DNA from: Eledone cirrhosa
Lineage: Eukaryota
DNA: 64,000 bases
Direction: 5' to 3'
NCBI GenBank assembly: GCA_964016885.1
Contig: OZ024764.1
Span: forward strand, 19,716,001-19,780,000
Position 1 is the stretch's first letter, and each line of letters opens with the position of its first letter. A model generated the notes under the pieces. It ran no database searches. It saw only the letters and a list, made by a program, of their open reading frames with translations, and was not told the origin of the DNA. Below, piece after piece: positions 62,171 through 64,000 of this stretch. The translations under genes were made by a program, and so were the position numbers.

Positions 62171-62610
62171 GAATGACTGGATTAATAAGAAGAGGTTGAG
62201 GTTACATAATCAACATCAGATTTCCCTGCTAGCAAGGATTTAATGAGTCTACTTCAACCAAGTAAGTACTGAAGTGAGGCTACTGATCTCCCAGACAGAC
62301 CAAGGATCTGAGACTTATTTACATAAGGTCTCATTTGCTACTGAGTGCACAGAAAAGGTTGTCATGTCTTTGTCATGATTGAAGGGTTCTCCGACACTAT
62401 TGTCGGGCAAGCTTTCTATGGCTAGATGTCCTTCACATGACCAACCACATTACAGCCTGTGTTGGGTGTGTTTATCATGTAGGTGAGGCATAACAAACTG
62501 AGGGTTCCCCAAGGGCCACATAGGTCACGTGTTGTCTGAGGGTTGCACACTACAACTAATTATGTACACAACAACTAATTAAAGTCATTTAATAAAATAT
62601 ATTGCAGAAA

Positions 62611-63390
62611 GAAACTTTATTCTGAAGAGAGCTTTGGCCCGGGCAAACATCCCCTCAGTCTTGGAACCATCTGGGTTGTCCAGAAGTGACGGCCTTACCC
62701 TGTGCCCCTGGTCGAGAGGCCGGTGCTTAATCTGGGACGTCACTGTTAGTGACTCCTTTGCTCTTTCCCACATCCTTGATGCTGCGGTAAGGACGAGAGC
62801 CACAGCTTCGGCAGCCGAGCTGAGTAAGACCCTCAAATACTCTGATCTGTCGGCCAGCTACATTTTTCAGCCTGTGGCTTTCGAGACGTTTGGGGGGGTC
62901 GGGCCGCTGACTGCGAGGTTCCTTTCCTCACTGGCGGCTCGCCTTATAGAGGTAACTCGCGAAATCGTGAGGGCGTTTGGCTGTTGCAGCACTTCAGCCT
63001 CGCCATCACCCGAGGTAACACTGCCAGTGTGCTGGCTTGCCTCAAAACTCATTAGAGAGGTTTCCCAGTACCCCTTGTTGCTGTCTTTTGCTCTGGTGTT
63101 GGCTCCGTTGTCCACCCCTTCCTTTACATTTTCTTTAATATTGCAACATTGAAGGAATTTATCTTTCATTGTATCATCCTTTATAGTGTTACCGAGGCAT
63201 TTGTAATGTTATTTATATATTTAAAACATATTTCTTATGTTATTCTACTGTAAATTTATTTATATGTTCTGTTTATATTTTCATTCTGAAGGAACTTATC
63301 CACTTGTGTTGATATAAGTGATTCTATGACTTTCCTCTAAGCATTGTGTCATTATATATGTTATTATAGACGTGAATAAATTGAATTTAT
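62611..63390 (+). mobile_element. CRE-like non-LTR retrotransposon 3' end (restriction-like endonuclease plus 3'UTR)
   Basis: LEPSGLSRSDG..LTLCPWSRGRCLIWDVTVSD...KTLKY...FQPVAFETFG; the usual KRPDG segment appears deleted; AT-rich tail with AATAAA at ~63375. Confidence 0.75.
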
Positions 63391-63479
63391 AGTGTGATAA
63401 TAGGCCACACCTCACACCCTAGGGGTTAACTACACACTTTGAGGCAAGCCAACACACTGGCAGCATTACAACGGGTGAT

Positions 63480-63641
63480 GGTGAGGCTAAGGTGCTGAAA
63501 TAACCAGGTACCCTCACGGGTATCACCTGACGCCTCAGTAAGGTAAGGCTAAGGTGCTGAGATAACCAGGTACTCTTACGGATATCACCTGACACCTCAG
63601 TAAGGTGAGGCTACGGTGCTGAAATAACCAGGTACCCTCAT
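63480..63641. repeat. 62-bp minisatellite, ~2.5 copies
   Basis: Same unit as 9365-9712; start of a further duplication unit. Confidence 0.88.
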
Positions 63642-64000
63642 GGAAACGACTAGATTTGTAGAAAAAGTAGGGTGAAAGTATACAAAGAGATGTAGTTTCA
63701 CAGATCTACTCACACCTCACGTTGGGTGAGAATAATTATTTTTCTTAGAATTCTTGCTATACCCCTTTTCCAGTATTTTTTCTCTGGACCCCTTAGATAC
63801 TTGCGATAGACGTTTTATTTCCCAGTATTAGGATTAGGGTTTCCGTTTTCAGGAAGAAAAGTCGATTGCAAACATCTAAGAGGTCGAGCAATAAAATTAA
63901 GGAAAGATAATTATTTCCCAGCCAACTGGAGAAGTGTGTAGCTCTTCTAAACTCCGATAATCCTGTCTCCCACTTCTTTATCTACAAATCTAGTCGTTTT
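63642..64000. mobile_element. Foldback MITE (paralog), reaching the window edge
   Basis: ggaaacgactagatttgtag ... ctacaaatctagtcgttt. Confidence 0.8.

Overview
Eukaryotic, AT-rich, almost entirely repeat-derived DNA. It is most likely from an octopus or another coleoid cephalopod; this is an inference from the C2H2 finger style ([10 protein letters not shown]...HTGEKPY), the RTE LINE load and the SINE types. The window is a tandem array of an ~18-22 kb segmental duplication: three near-complete units (~4.7-26.8, ~26.8-44.6, ~47.0-62.6 kb) plus partial units at both ends. Each complete unit carries one tandem C2H2 zinc-finger coding exon: a 7-finger pseudogene at 17.6 kb, a 19-finger ORF at 39.8 kb and a 13-finger ORF at 58.1 kb. 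A decayed second ZNF-like exon follows each. The shared transposon scaffold comprises a hAT/SPIN-like remnant, a CRE-like endonuclease remnant, a tRNA-derived SINE, a Merlin/ISXO2 remnant between inverted minisatellite arrays, a foldback MITE, an inverted pair of small Helitrons, a piggyBac-type MITE and old RTE LINEs. Unit-specific insertions include two younger RTE families with a PHD finger after the RT, a maT/Tc1-mariner element, a Tigger/pogo element and a GC-rich Gypsy LTR element with a 5-bp TSD. Several minisatellites trace to TE sequence. No prokaryotic systems, CRISPR arrays or rRNA/tRNA genes were found. All comparisons were done by eye, and boundaries without a stated TSD or TIR are approximate.
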